Source of the DNA: a virus
Length of the DNA stretch: 64,000 nt
IMG/VR virus record: IMGVR_UViG_3300033145_000767
Span: 26,470 to 90,469 of that record
Strand: one strand, 5' to 3'
Shown in pieces: positions 36,358-45,472 of this stretch (position 1 is its first letter; the number at the start of each line of letters is the position of its first letter). A program made the translations under genes and the position numbers. The notes beneath the pieces were generated by a model. The model ran no database searches. It was not told where the DNA came from and saw only the letters and a list, made by a program, of their open reading frames with translations.

Positions 36358-37006
36358 TATAACTAAGTTTTTAAGACCGTTCACAGGTACAGGTGCAATA
36401 TTCTTTCCAGTTGGGCATCCCCCATTTGGGACGTGTGAAAATGCTACACCTGATTGTTACCATTATTGTTATGCAGTAGATAAGGAAGACTTAAACTTTG
36501 ATGAAGAATTAAGAATATCTAAAGTGGAAAAACGAGCAATATATAATTACTTTGTAACAACCAATAATAAAAAACTTAAATCAAGAATAATTAGAGAGCT
36601 AGATGGGCTACAAACACCTATACTGCATTGGTTTGGTACAGGTGATTGCCTTAATAAAGATTTACCTAAGATTAGTAAACTTATAGATGTTTTAAGAGGG
36701 GAAAATGTTATACAAATGGGGTTTACTAGAAATAAAAAATTATGGGAACTGCATAAAGATGTATTTGCATTAAGCATTGATTCAAAAAAAGAGGCTACAG
36801 ACCCTAATGCAATGTATTCCATACCAGATTATAAAAAACAAATATCTGTAATGTATTGCCCTTCATATCAAGTTGTAGGAGGTTATTGTGGGGCTCTTAC
36901 TTGCAGAGATAAAGATAAATCAAGAACTAATTTAGAACATTATATAAATTGTAGAACTTGTTTAAGAATGAAAACTGGATGTTTTGATAGGAGGAATAAT
37001 GTATAA
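36347..37006 (+). CDS. Gp88-like Cys-rich protein
   Basis: TCENATPDCYHYCYA, LHWFGTGD, GFTR, LSID, CRTC. Confidence 0.6.
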   Translation: MRYSITKFLRPFTGTGAIFFPVGHPPFGTCENATPDCYHYCYAVDKEDLNFDEELRISKVEKRAIYNYFVTTNNKKLKSRIIRELDGLQTPILHWFGTGDCLNKDLPKISKLIDVLRGENVIQMGFTRNKKLWELHKDVFALSIDSKKEATDPNAMYSIPDYKKQISVMYCPSYQVVGGYCGALTCRDKDKSRTNLEHYINCRTCLRMKTGCFDRRNNV

Positions 37007-37140
37007 AGTAACTGTTTATTTTAAAAATGGGGCTACAATAGTTAAATATATATCAGGATATAATTATGCTTGTGTTTATTCAACTAATGTATGGAAAGAA
37101 CTTGATGATGTAATTAAAACAGAATTGAAAGAGGTTAAAC

Positions 37141-37750
37141 ATGGAAAAATTTAACAGTAAGGTTAAAAAGAAAGTAGTAGAGAAGATTAAATGTGAAGTC
37201 TGTGGTAAGTTAAGAAGCTGGGAAGGTATGAAGTTATTAGATACTTGTGTTTGTTTAGATAATACAACTATTAAGTTTAAAACCAAAAGGCATAGGACAA
37301 GGCTTTCTAATATGAAACTTATTCGTAGGAGAAAAAAATAACAAGTAAGAAAGGTTAAAAAATGAGTAACTCATGTAAAGATTGTATATGTAGAAAAGAT
37401 AATAAGTGTATGAGATTCCCCCCAAGTATAGGAGAATTTGGTAATACAGTATCCGGTTACCCTACAATTAGGTATGAAAGAGTAATACCTTATAAACCAA
37501 CTGAAATTATTTATTGTTATGCATGTTTTGAATATAGGAGGAAAAAATAATGATATGCCCAGCTTGCAATAAAAAAATAGGGAACTTTCATAAAACCCCT
37601 AACGGCTTTCATAGAGATTGTTTTGCTAAATGGGTAAAAGGTTATAATACTGCTATGACATTTTGTAATAGTGAACTAAAGTTTGCAGGTATAGATTCAA
37701 TAGGTGTACTATATAGAAAAAGATGTAGTATAAAAAAGCAGGGGGTTTAA
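37141..37750 (+). other. Run of three small Cys-rich hypothetical genes (37141-37341, 37362-37550, 37550-37750)
   Basis: CxxC motifs, tight packing. Confidence 0.5.
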
Positions 37751-38174
37751 TAATGTTGACAGCTTTAATGTGTTATTTAGTAGTAATGGGTATAAAGCTA
37801 AAAGCTTCATTTATGGCTACAGCTATGATACTTGATTTTATTGTAATGTTTACTTATGTTATAGGAAAGGGTAAAAAATGAGATTTTTAAAATTTATTAT
37901 GTTTATAGGTATAGTATTAACTATTTTTACTATTACAGGTACTCAAGTACATCAAAATATAACTTATGTTTTAGTATGTTGGTTAGTTTATGATAGATTT
38001 ACAGGGGTGAATAATGGATAACTTATGTATGAGTTGTGGAAAACCCTTATATGAGGGTAAGAGTAGTACAGCAACCCCTGATTTATGTTCTTGTCAACCT
38101 TCAACGCATGAAGGTAAAATAATGCTTGAATACTTAAAAGATATTAAAAGATTAATAGAAGAAGGGTTCTTGAA

Positions 38175-38792
38175 ATGAACAAAAATAAGAGAGCTACAGG
38201 GTTAATAGAGCTTGATATATGCCTCAATGGGGGACTCCCTATAGGTCGGTTAATTCATATATATGGGGCTTCATCTATAGGGAAATCTACCCTAATCTAC
38301 CAAATGCTTGCTGAATGTGGTAAATACTCCTGCTTAATAGACACGGAGTCCTGTTTTGACAAGAGATATGCTAAGAAACAGGGGGTAGCTCTACACAACC
38401 TATTTATAGCTGAAATGCACAGTTCTACTAATATATTTAGATTCTTAAAGAAAACAATAGAATCAAATGTATTTAGATATATAGTAATAGATAGTATTGC
38501 AGGATTGCCAGTTAAAGACATATATGCTCATATAGCTAGCGAATTACCTGACATTATTAAAGAACTAGAGAAACATGATACTATTCTTATATTTGCAAAC
38601 CAAATAAGAGCTAAAGGTAAAAAGACTAAACCTGCTCATGGCTCAATGATTAATGCTCTATCTAGTGTAGTACTAGAGGTTTGTGATAAACATAAGACCA
38701 AAGAAGGTTATGAATCTACCATTAAAGTAATAAAGAATAAATATGGTATGCCATTAGGTGAAGCTAAATTAAAATTAAGGGGTGTACAATGA
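38175..38792 (+). CDS. Second, shortened RecA-fold ATPase
   Basis: ATG..ELD..LNGGLPIGR, GASSIGKST, IDTE, VIDSIA, ANQIR, KNK. Confidence 0.85.
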   Translation: MNKNKRATGLIELDICLNGGLPIGRLIHIYGASSIGKSTLIYQMLAECGKYSCLIDTESCFDKRYAKKQGVALHNLFIAEMHSSTNIFRFLKKTIESNVFRYIVIDSIAGLPVKDIYAHIASELPDIIKELEKHDTILIFANQIRAKGKKTKPAHGSMINALSSVVLEVCDKHKTKEGYESTIKVIKNKYGMPLGEAKLKLRGVQ

Positions 38793-38995
38793 AAGTAAGC
38801 GAAAAAATAATGGAAATAGCTAGAAAAAGAAGGCATGAGACAGAGGGGATAAATAAAAATCAAGAAGATGTAGAATTTTGCCTTAGAAATAGAACATGTC
38901 CTAAGTGTGGTTCTATTATAAGATTTGTATTTCAACCTGAAGATGGGTATTATCATTATGTTTGCATACATTGTGAATTTAACTGTATAGCCTAA
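38789..38995 (+). CDS. Small Zn-ribbon protein
   Basis: CPKC...CIHC. Confidence 0.5.
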   Translation: MKVSEKIMEIARKRRHETEGINKNQEDVEFCLRNRTCPKCGSIIRFVFQPEDGYYHYVCIHCEFNCIA

Positions 38996-39007
38996 GGGGG
39001 ATAAATA

Positions 39008-39262
39008 ATGAAAGTTGTACATTGTAAAAAAGAATACTATGATGTATATATAGGTCGCCCTAGTAAATGGGGTAATCCCTTTACAATAGGTAAAGATGGT
39101 ACTAGAGAAGAAGTAGTAAGAAAATATCGTAGTTATATTATGAATAAACCTGATTTATTAAAAGACATACATAAATTAAAAGATTGTATACTAGGTTGTT
39201 GGTGTTCACCTAAAGCATGTCATGGGGATGTAATAATAGATTTAATAGGGAGAGGTTTTTAA
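39008..39262 (+). CDS. DUF4326 family protein
   Basis: DVYIGRPSKWGNPF, LGCWC.PK.CHGDV. Confidence 0.9.
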   Translation: MKVVHCKKEYYDVYIGRPSKWGNPFTIGKDGTREEVVRKYRSYIMNKPDLLKDIHKLKDCILGCWCSPKACHGDVIIDLIGRGF

Positions 39263-39381
39263 TGGAAATTATAATGACAATAATTTGTGGGTTTATATTA
39301 TTAATAATATGTTCTCCTGTAATCATTGCAGGTACTTGTGTAGTAAGAGTTATGTTAGACATACTAACTAGGAGGTAATTA

Positions 39382-40068
39382 ATGTTTAATCAAATAATTA
39401 TTATAGGTGGGGGCGAAAGTATAAACATAGGGTGTAAAAATGGTTTATATGATAAACTTAAAAATACTCTAACTATAGGCTGTAACTATGCTTACAAAAG
39501 TTTTAACACTACCTTTAATACATTTGTGGACATTGAAACATATGAGAAAAATAGAAAAATATTACAGACTAGATTATGTGCATGCCATTATGCAAACCTA
39601 GATGAACCTTTAAGATTCCCAGAAGCTTATTGGTTACCACATGAAAAAGATTACATAGGGGTTGCAACAACAGGTAAGGTATATAACCCTATGTTGGTAG
39701 GTATATGGTCGCTAAGTTTAGCCCTTTATATGATGAAAGGGGTAGGGGAAATATACCTCCTTGGTTTTGACTGGACTAAAAAGGGTGAAGGTAATACTCA
39801 TTTCTATCAAGGTAAAATAGACCATTCAGGTATTAATAAAACAGATTTCTATGATGCTCAAGACCCAGATAAATGGTTTTCCCCTTTCTTAAAAGAAAAA
39901 GGGGTCAACATATATAATGTCAACCCCGAATCTAATATTAATACTTTTACTAAACTAAACTATGGTGAGTTCTTTAGCAAACTTAAAGATGAGCCTTACT
40001 CACAAGATTATTTAAAAAGGTATATTCAAGCAAAATTAGAGCCTATTAGGATAATACAGACCCAGTAG
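39382..40068 (+). CDS. DUF115/Maf/GT42-like glycosyltransferase-fold protein
   Basis: IIIGGGES, TIGCN, EIYLLGFD, THFY. Confidence 0.65.
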   Translation: MFNQIIIIGGGESINIGCKNGLYDKLKNTLTIGCNYAYKSFNTTFNTFVDIETYEKNRKILQTRLCACHYANLDEPLRFPEAYWLPHEKDYIGVATTGKVYNPMLVGIWSLSLALYMMKGVGEIYLLGFDWTKKGEGNTHFYQGKIDHSGINKTDFYDAQDPDKWFSPFLKEKGVNIYNVNPESNINTFTKLNYGEFFSKLKDEPYSQDYLKRYIQAKLEPIRIIQTQ

Positions 40069-40873
40069 AATCTAAGATTAACCATCTATTATTACCAAGT
40101 CCTCGAATTATAAGTATATCATCTAGTGTCATTAATGCTGATGTACTTACCCCATCAAAAGTATCTGCCCCATTTACATTTACAGTAACATGATTACCAC
40201 TTGATACTGTCTTAACATAAATAGTAAATTCATACCCTATATATGCCGAAACTGCTGGTAATGTTATAGTTATACCATTTGAAGTGGTATTACATACAAT
40301 AGTATTATGTGTCTCGTCTAGTGTTAAAGTTGATGTAGTTTGGTCTATTACTGCAACAGGTAATACTGTACTACCATCATCTATTGCATCTAACCTCTCT
40401 TCTAAGGTATCGAATGTACCTCTAGCATCAATTATCTCCTGATAAGTAGCTAAAACAGTCCTATCTGCTTCTGTAACAGAATCAAAACCTGCTCCATTCC
40501 ACACAACTGTACTCAAATTTGTTCTTACTGGGTCTTTAGCTGTATAAATAGCAATAGTACCAGCTGCTATACCCTCTACATAATAGGTATCAGCCCCTTG
40601 ACCAGCAAAATCTACTAATAATGTTGTACTAAAAGTATAGACAAAGGTGTTTATAAAACCTCCACCTGAATACTGTAACTCTGTACCAACTTGAGATGCA
40701 GATAAGCTGCCGGAGAAAACACCATTCCCGTAAGTCCGTGCATCTACTGTAAGGTTGTTAATTACACTTTCCATAGATGCTGTTCTTACATCTAGTCCTT
40801 CAAAATTACCTAATATCTCCTCTGCCGATACATCTTCCCCTGCTGTAGGTTTCCCTGGATTTGCTAGTGCCAT
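40046..40873 (-). CDS. Virion structural protein, tail or fibre-associated
   Basis: T/G/V-rich; EIIDARG...TLEERLD; ITITLPA beta module; last gene of the tail operon. Confidence 0.6.
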   Translation of the reverse strand: MALANPGKPTAGEDVSAEEILGNFEGLDVRTASMESVINNLTVDARTYGNGVFSGSLSASQVGTELQYSGGGFINTFVYTFSTTLLVDFAGQGADTYYVEGIAAGTIAIYTAKDPVRTNLSTVVWNGAGFDSVTEADRTVLATYQEIIDARGTFDTLEERLDAIDDGSTVLPVAVIDQTTSTLTLDETHNTIVCNTTSNGITITLPAVSAYIGYEFTIYVKTVSSGNHVTVNVNGADTFDGVSTSALMTLDDILIIRGLGNNRWLILDSTGSVLS

Positions 40874-41126
40874 AACTTTCCTCCTTAATTAATAATCCTT
40901 TTCTTGTGCCAATTCTATCTGTTAAAGACAGAACCTTTTTACCTGCCATAAGTGTTATCTCAATTACCTGCTTAATTACAGGCATGTTTATTAAAAATCT
41001 TAACAATGGGTTAGAAGTAAGCCTATTCTGATAGCTTTTAACAACTGTAACCCTAGACATCCTTCTTACCTTATTTTTTAAGGCATTGGGGTCGTACACT
41101 TTAGTTATATCATATTTAACTATCAT
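40806..41126 (-). CDS. Hypothetical protein in the tail module
   Basis: GAGG RBS, ORF track. Confidence 0.4.
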   Translation of the reverse strand: MIVKYDITKVYDPNALKNKVRRMSRVTVVKSYQNRLTSNPLLRFLINMPVIKQVIEITLMAGKKVLSLTDRIGTRKGLLIKEESYGTSKSRETYSRGRCIGRGDIR

Positions 41127-41133
41127 TATTTCC

Positions 41134-41487
41134 TCACTTCCATTGGTATCTTACGCCGTCTTTTTTCCATGTACCTGAACCTGCATCAGGAGCCCATGTA
41201 ATATTTCCTCTGGGATTAAATGTTGTACTAGCTATAATAACATCAGATGCCCCAGTTATAACATATTTTTGTCTTTGACCGTGTGTTTCTGTCATTTTAA
41301 CAGGTTGTTGAACCCTTCTCAGCCTACCGTTAGCAGCCCTAAAAGGTATTTGATATAAAACTGTACCACCCTTTAGCTCCACATTACACCAGTTTTCATC
41401 CGCATTTACAAATATTATTATACCTATTAGCGTTTCTCTATTATAAGATATGCTTTTGTTTATTTTTCTTCTTAAAGGTCTAGCCAT
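41134..41487 (-). CDS. Tail spike / OB-fold-like protein
   Basis: Follows the tail tip gene; beta-rich. Confidence 0.4.
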   Translation of the reverse strand: MARPLRRKINKSISYNRETLIGIIIFVNADENWCNVELKGGTVLYQIPFRAANGRLRRVQQPVKMTETHGQRQKYVITGASDVIIASTTFNPRGNITWAPDAGSGTWKKDGVRYQWK

Positions 41488-41496
41488 TATAGCTCC

Positions 41497-44400
41497 TTAA
41501 GTTATTAAAGCACAAATCAATTGGTCTACATCTTCTTCGCCTCTTGTATATGTCCTTCTTATTTGTTTAACATATAACTTATATATTACCCCTGTTACAG
41601 GGTTATAAGCTTCAATAACATCTTGAGTTTGATGAGCCATGTTAGCAACTATTTTTATTTTCGGCTGATACCTAAACCATGAAGCTTTTTCAAGTTCATA
41701 GTTAGCTAAAGTTCTACATTTTAAAGATGTCTCTAAAAAGGGGTTATCTATTTCTTCCTCAATAACACCATATTTTTCTATTAAGTCATCATCTGAAACT
41801 GTTTCAGTAATAGAGTTAGGGGCTGGTTCCCCTATAGGTTGAGCAAGGATTTCATAATAAAAATTACTTATCTGTCCAATAACTGTTAAAGCTATAGCCA
41901 TAACAGGGGCTAACCCGTTGTAAACTGAAATAAAACCAAAACCTCCACCCCAAAGAATAGTCCAGATTAGACATCCAGCTATTAACGCATATAGAAAGGA
42001 TGTTAGGTTAGATACATCTTGATTTATAGAACAATGTAATTGTTTACCTGCCCCAGCAGTTGTTAAATTTTCTCCCCCACCAAAAAACCTATTCCCACAA
42101 GAATCAGTAACAGATAGTCTTGGGTTTATAGCTTGTAAAGTTTTATCTTCTGAAAAATAAAATGTAAGGCTATTATGAGAAGAAAACCAACCTGCTGCTC
42201 CTTGTATAAAGCCCATAAACTCTTCATCAAATTCTGTTTCAAAAGTTTCTTCTGTTTGACCTATTACTGTTACCTGATTTACAAGTGTATCGTCTGACCA
42301 GCTATGGTCATATTCCATAATGTTAAATGCAGGGGCTTTGTTATAAGCTACACTATCAGTACCATCTTCAAAGTAGGTAAAATCTGTTGTTGCATCTATA
42401 TTTACTTCCCTAGCTTTTAATATACCCTCTTCATCAAAATAAGGAAAGTACCCATAAGCCTGATATAACTTATAAAGAATATCCATTATGTATTCTTCTA
42501 TAAACTGTACCTTTGGTATAGTTTCTGTTATTGTAGGTAAATCATAGTCCCCACCTGATAAATCTCCATAAGTTGTTATTATATCTTCAACTATAAAACT
42601 TATTGTTTTATTTTCATAAAAGCTTGAAGTAATTTTTGATTTAAACCAGTTTTTTGCTTTGTCATAAACCTTTATATTATATAGGGTTTGAGCTCCTCTG
42701 GTGTACACAGAAGTACCAGAGCCTATAAGACCCGTAAATGCAGGTGTATTCCCCCCTGCGTTACCTTTTGATATTTTTATTATGTTATTTTCTAGTAAAT
42801 AATCATATTTTAAAGAATTATAGTTTAAAGGATTAAATAAACCTTCTTTATCTGCGAAAGACACAGAAGCATTATTAGCCCCAGTTTCGTCTGACATATC
42901 TATCTCAAAGTTATGTACATACTCAGACATATCTAACTCCCCGCCCAAATCTTCATCCCATTTTAATTCTGAAGTACCTTCAACGCTTCTCTGCCAAAAC
43001 GCCTTTAAACGAGAATCAGAATAAGCTAAAACACAATAAGAATCTTCAGAATTAGTTGTTAAGTAAGTTGCAGTTGAAAAAGATGAATCATCAGATGTTT
43101 TTCTATAGTAAATCCTTTGGTCTGCTGCTTCTGTATAAATAAGTAACTGAGACCTTGTGTTTATTAAAAGAGCAAAAACTACCTTTAAATCATTAGATAT
43201 AATTTTACCTGTACCATAACCTATGTACCCAACTAAAGCTTTTATAAGAGATGAATCTATAACAGGGAAGTTAGCTAAAAATCTTGTATCCCCAGTTTTA
43301 GCATAATGCTCTAAGGCTACCTTTGTAACTGCATTTATAACAGTTAGATAAGAGTTTACACCACTATTACCACTAAAGATATACAACCTATTTGTATCTA
43401 CATTAAAATGCATTTCAATAATATATTGGTACTGATAACCTCCATCTAAAGGGTTAGGCAATAACCCGTATGGGTTACCAATTTCATTGCTCCAGTAAGA
43501 GGAAAAAGTAGCATCAGAAGTAGTTACATTATGTAAGGCTATACCAAAATCATAAGAAGTATTGGTGTCTTCTGCTGCAATATATAATACTCTATTTATA
43601 CTATCATAAGCATTTAACATTAACTTAGAAGCCCCAACTACTTGATATGGTTTATACCTAGCTGTACCTAAACCGCTTTGTGTCCAGTAAGTAGTTAAAT
43701 CTTCCTTATTAAAATAACCTAAGTAAAATCTAGTTGGGTAATCATTACTGCATTGAGCACAAACTAGTATTCTAGTACTCTCTAGAAATATTTGAACAAC
43801 CTCAAAATTAGTAATAGCTACTAAATTATCCTCAAAACTAGTTACTTCCTCTAAGGTAACATTAATTTCCTGCAGATTGGCTGTTAAACTACTACCACAA
43901 GATATGTAGGCTTTACCACTCTTCACATTCAAAGCTTGAATGTTACTAGTGGCTATAGCAGGTGTAGTTCCTGTATTGTAGTTTTTCCAGATTAAAGTAT
44001 CTTCATTATAAACTATAATACCGTTTGCAATTGTTCCTGCAATTATTGTATTATTAGTTGAATCGTATGCTATATGTGTTACGTTTATTATAGAAGCATT
44101 ATCAGTAGAATCATAAGAATCATAAAGACCTGATGCTTCATTATATATAACTATTTCATCCTCAGTACCATAAAATATTCTTCCATTTACAGAATCATAA
44201 TACTGTGATTTATACACATGAGAACCATAATCTAAATTTTGGACTTGGCGTTCTAGAGTATAGTTAATATACCTAAAGGTTGTAATGTCCACTATAGATG
44301 TTTGAACTGCACTTCCTTCCCCAGCCACCAAAGAAGTTATAGCAATAGGTGAACCCCAAGAAGAGCCATTATCTAGTGAAAGAATATAGTAAGCATTATA

Positions 44401-45078
44401 AACTACTGGGTCTGATACTGCATCTGTAACTCTTTCAAAGGTTACCCAAAGTTTATCATTAGTATCATAATATACATAGGGCTTTGCGTGGTCATTAGCT
44501 AAACCTGTTTCTGTATTGAAATTAGTTTCAGCAGACCAAGTAGAAAAATCTGTACAGGTTCTATAGTATATAACACCACTTCTCTCATAAAATAACCAAT
44601 ATGTTGTGTTGATTTTTGTTAAAGAAGGGTTAGTACCATTAATGGTTGTATCAGACATAGATATTTGAATTACCCCATCTTCATCTATAGTGCAAGAGTA
44701 TAACTCTGTATCATTTCTACTAACAACTATACCTAAATTGGTACTACTATTTAATTGTATAATAGCAGGAGCAAACCAATCGTAAGTAGACCCTGTAGTT
44801 ACTGCAATAGGGGCATTCCAAGAGTTTCTTGTTATATCAGAGCTCTTATAGTAAAGCTGATATTTTGAATCTCCTGTACTATACTTTGAAAATACTAAGG
44901 ACATCCTACCATCACTATGCAAAACCTGTTTAATTGTTTTTTCATTAGTACCTGTACTTTGTAGAAATTTACCCTCAAAAGGTATAGAATCATAATTCCG
45001 TTGTACAGTTACAACAGCATTAGGGTTTCTTGCTACATCATCAAATATATTATATTGCCCACTTGGTAGTGTTTGCAT
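41497..45078 (-). CDS. Tail tip / baseplate hub protein with beta-propeller-like region
   Basis: 1193 aa; Asp-box-like SLDNGSSW; hub-like C-terminal half; downstream of the tape measure. Confidence 0.65.
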   Translation of the reverse strand: MQTLPSGQYNIFDDVARNPNAVVTVQRNYDSIPFEGKFLQSTGTNEKTIKQVLHSDGRMSLVFSKYSTGDSKYQLYYKSSDITRNSWNAPIAVTTGSTYDWFAPAIIQLNSSTNLGIVVSRNDTELYSCTIDEDGVIQISMSDTTINGTNPSLTKINTTYWLFYERSGVIYYRTCTDFSTWSAETNFNTETGLANDHAKPYVYYDTNDKLWVTFERVTDAVSDPVVYNAYYILSLDNGSSWGSPIAITSLVAGEGSAVQTSIVDITTFRYINYTLERQVQNLDYGSHVYKSQYYDSVNGRIFYGTEDEIVIYNEASGLYDSYDSTDNASIINVTHIAYDSTNNTIIAGTIANGIIVYNEDTLIWKNYNTGTTPAIATSNIQALNVKSGKAYISCGSSLTANLQEINVTLEEVTSFEDNLVAITNFEVVQIFLESTRILVCAQCSNDYPTRFYLGYFNKEDLTTYWTQSGLGTARYKPYQVVGASKLMLNAYDSINRVLYIAAEDTNTSYDFGIALHNVTTSDATFSSYWSNEIGNPYGLLPNPLDGGYQYQYIIEMHFNVDTNRLYIFSGNSGVNSYLTVINAVTKVALEHYAKTGDTRFLANFPVIDSSLIKALVGYIGYGTGKIISNDLKVVFALLINTRSQLLIYTEAADQRIYYRKTSDDSSFSTATYLTTNSEDSYCVLAYSDSRLKAFWQRSVEGTSELKWDEDLGGELDMSEYVHNFEIDMSDETGANNASVSFADKEGLFNPLNYNSLKYDYLLENNIIKISKGNAGGNTPAFTGLIGSGTSVYTRGAQTLYNIKVYDKAKNWFKSKITSSFYENKTISFIVEDIITTYGDLSGGDYDLPTITETIPKVQFIEEYIMDILYKLYQAYGYFPYFDEEGILKAREVNIDATTDFTYFEDGTDSVAYNKAPAFNIMEYDHSWSDDTLVNQVTVIGQTEETFETEFDEEFMGFIQGAAGWFSSHNSLTFYFSEDKTLQAINPRLSVTDSCGNRFFGGGENLTTAGAGKQLHCSINQDVSNLTSFLYALIAGCLIWTILWGGGFGFISVYNGLAPVMAIALTVIGQISNFYYEILAQPIGEPAPNSITETVSDDDLIEKYGVIEEEIDNPFLETSLKCRTLANYELEKASWFRYQPKIKIVANMAHQTQDVIEAYNPVTGVIYKLYVKQIRRTYTRGEEDVDQLICALIT

Positions 45079-45090
45079 TATTCTCTCCTA

Positions 45091-45459
45091 TTAAGAAACT
45101 ATTTCTAAACTCATCCTTACAGAAAATCCATCTGCATCTGTAGTACCTAACCTATTAGCTACAAAATCAGCTACAATAACATTATATGAATTATTATAAA
45201 CATCAGTAAATACATAATAAGCATAGTCAGCTTCATCTAAAGTAGTTAAATCATCTACTTCTGATTTATTCATATTGTCCCATTCCATGTTTAAAAATCT
45301 ATCACTTGACTTCTTCTGCCAATGTTGTTTAACAGTTTTAGTCAAGGTTACTAACTTAGCTATCTTCTTTTCAGCTTTTGGCAAATCAGACCTTGAAGGG
45401 TTGATAGTTGCAGTAAAGCTATCAAGAGTAATATAATAATATCCAGATTCTAATGGCAT
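45091..45459 (-). CDS. Distal tail (Dit-like) protein
   Basis: Size and position directly after the tape measure. Confidence 0.45.
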   Translation of the reverse strand: MPLESGYYYITLDSFTATINPSRSDLPKAEKKIAKLVTLTKTVKQHWQKKSSDRFLNMEWDNMNKSEVDDLTTLDEADYAYYVFTDVYNNSYNVIVADFVANRLGTTDADGFSVRMSLEIVS

Positions 45460-45472
45460 AATTTAAACCTCC

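Noticed and set aside
5050-39022. Short minus-strand ORFs in the left arm and plus-strand ORFs in the right arm
   Set aside because: They are antisense shadows of well-supported genes, with no recognisable motifs.
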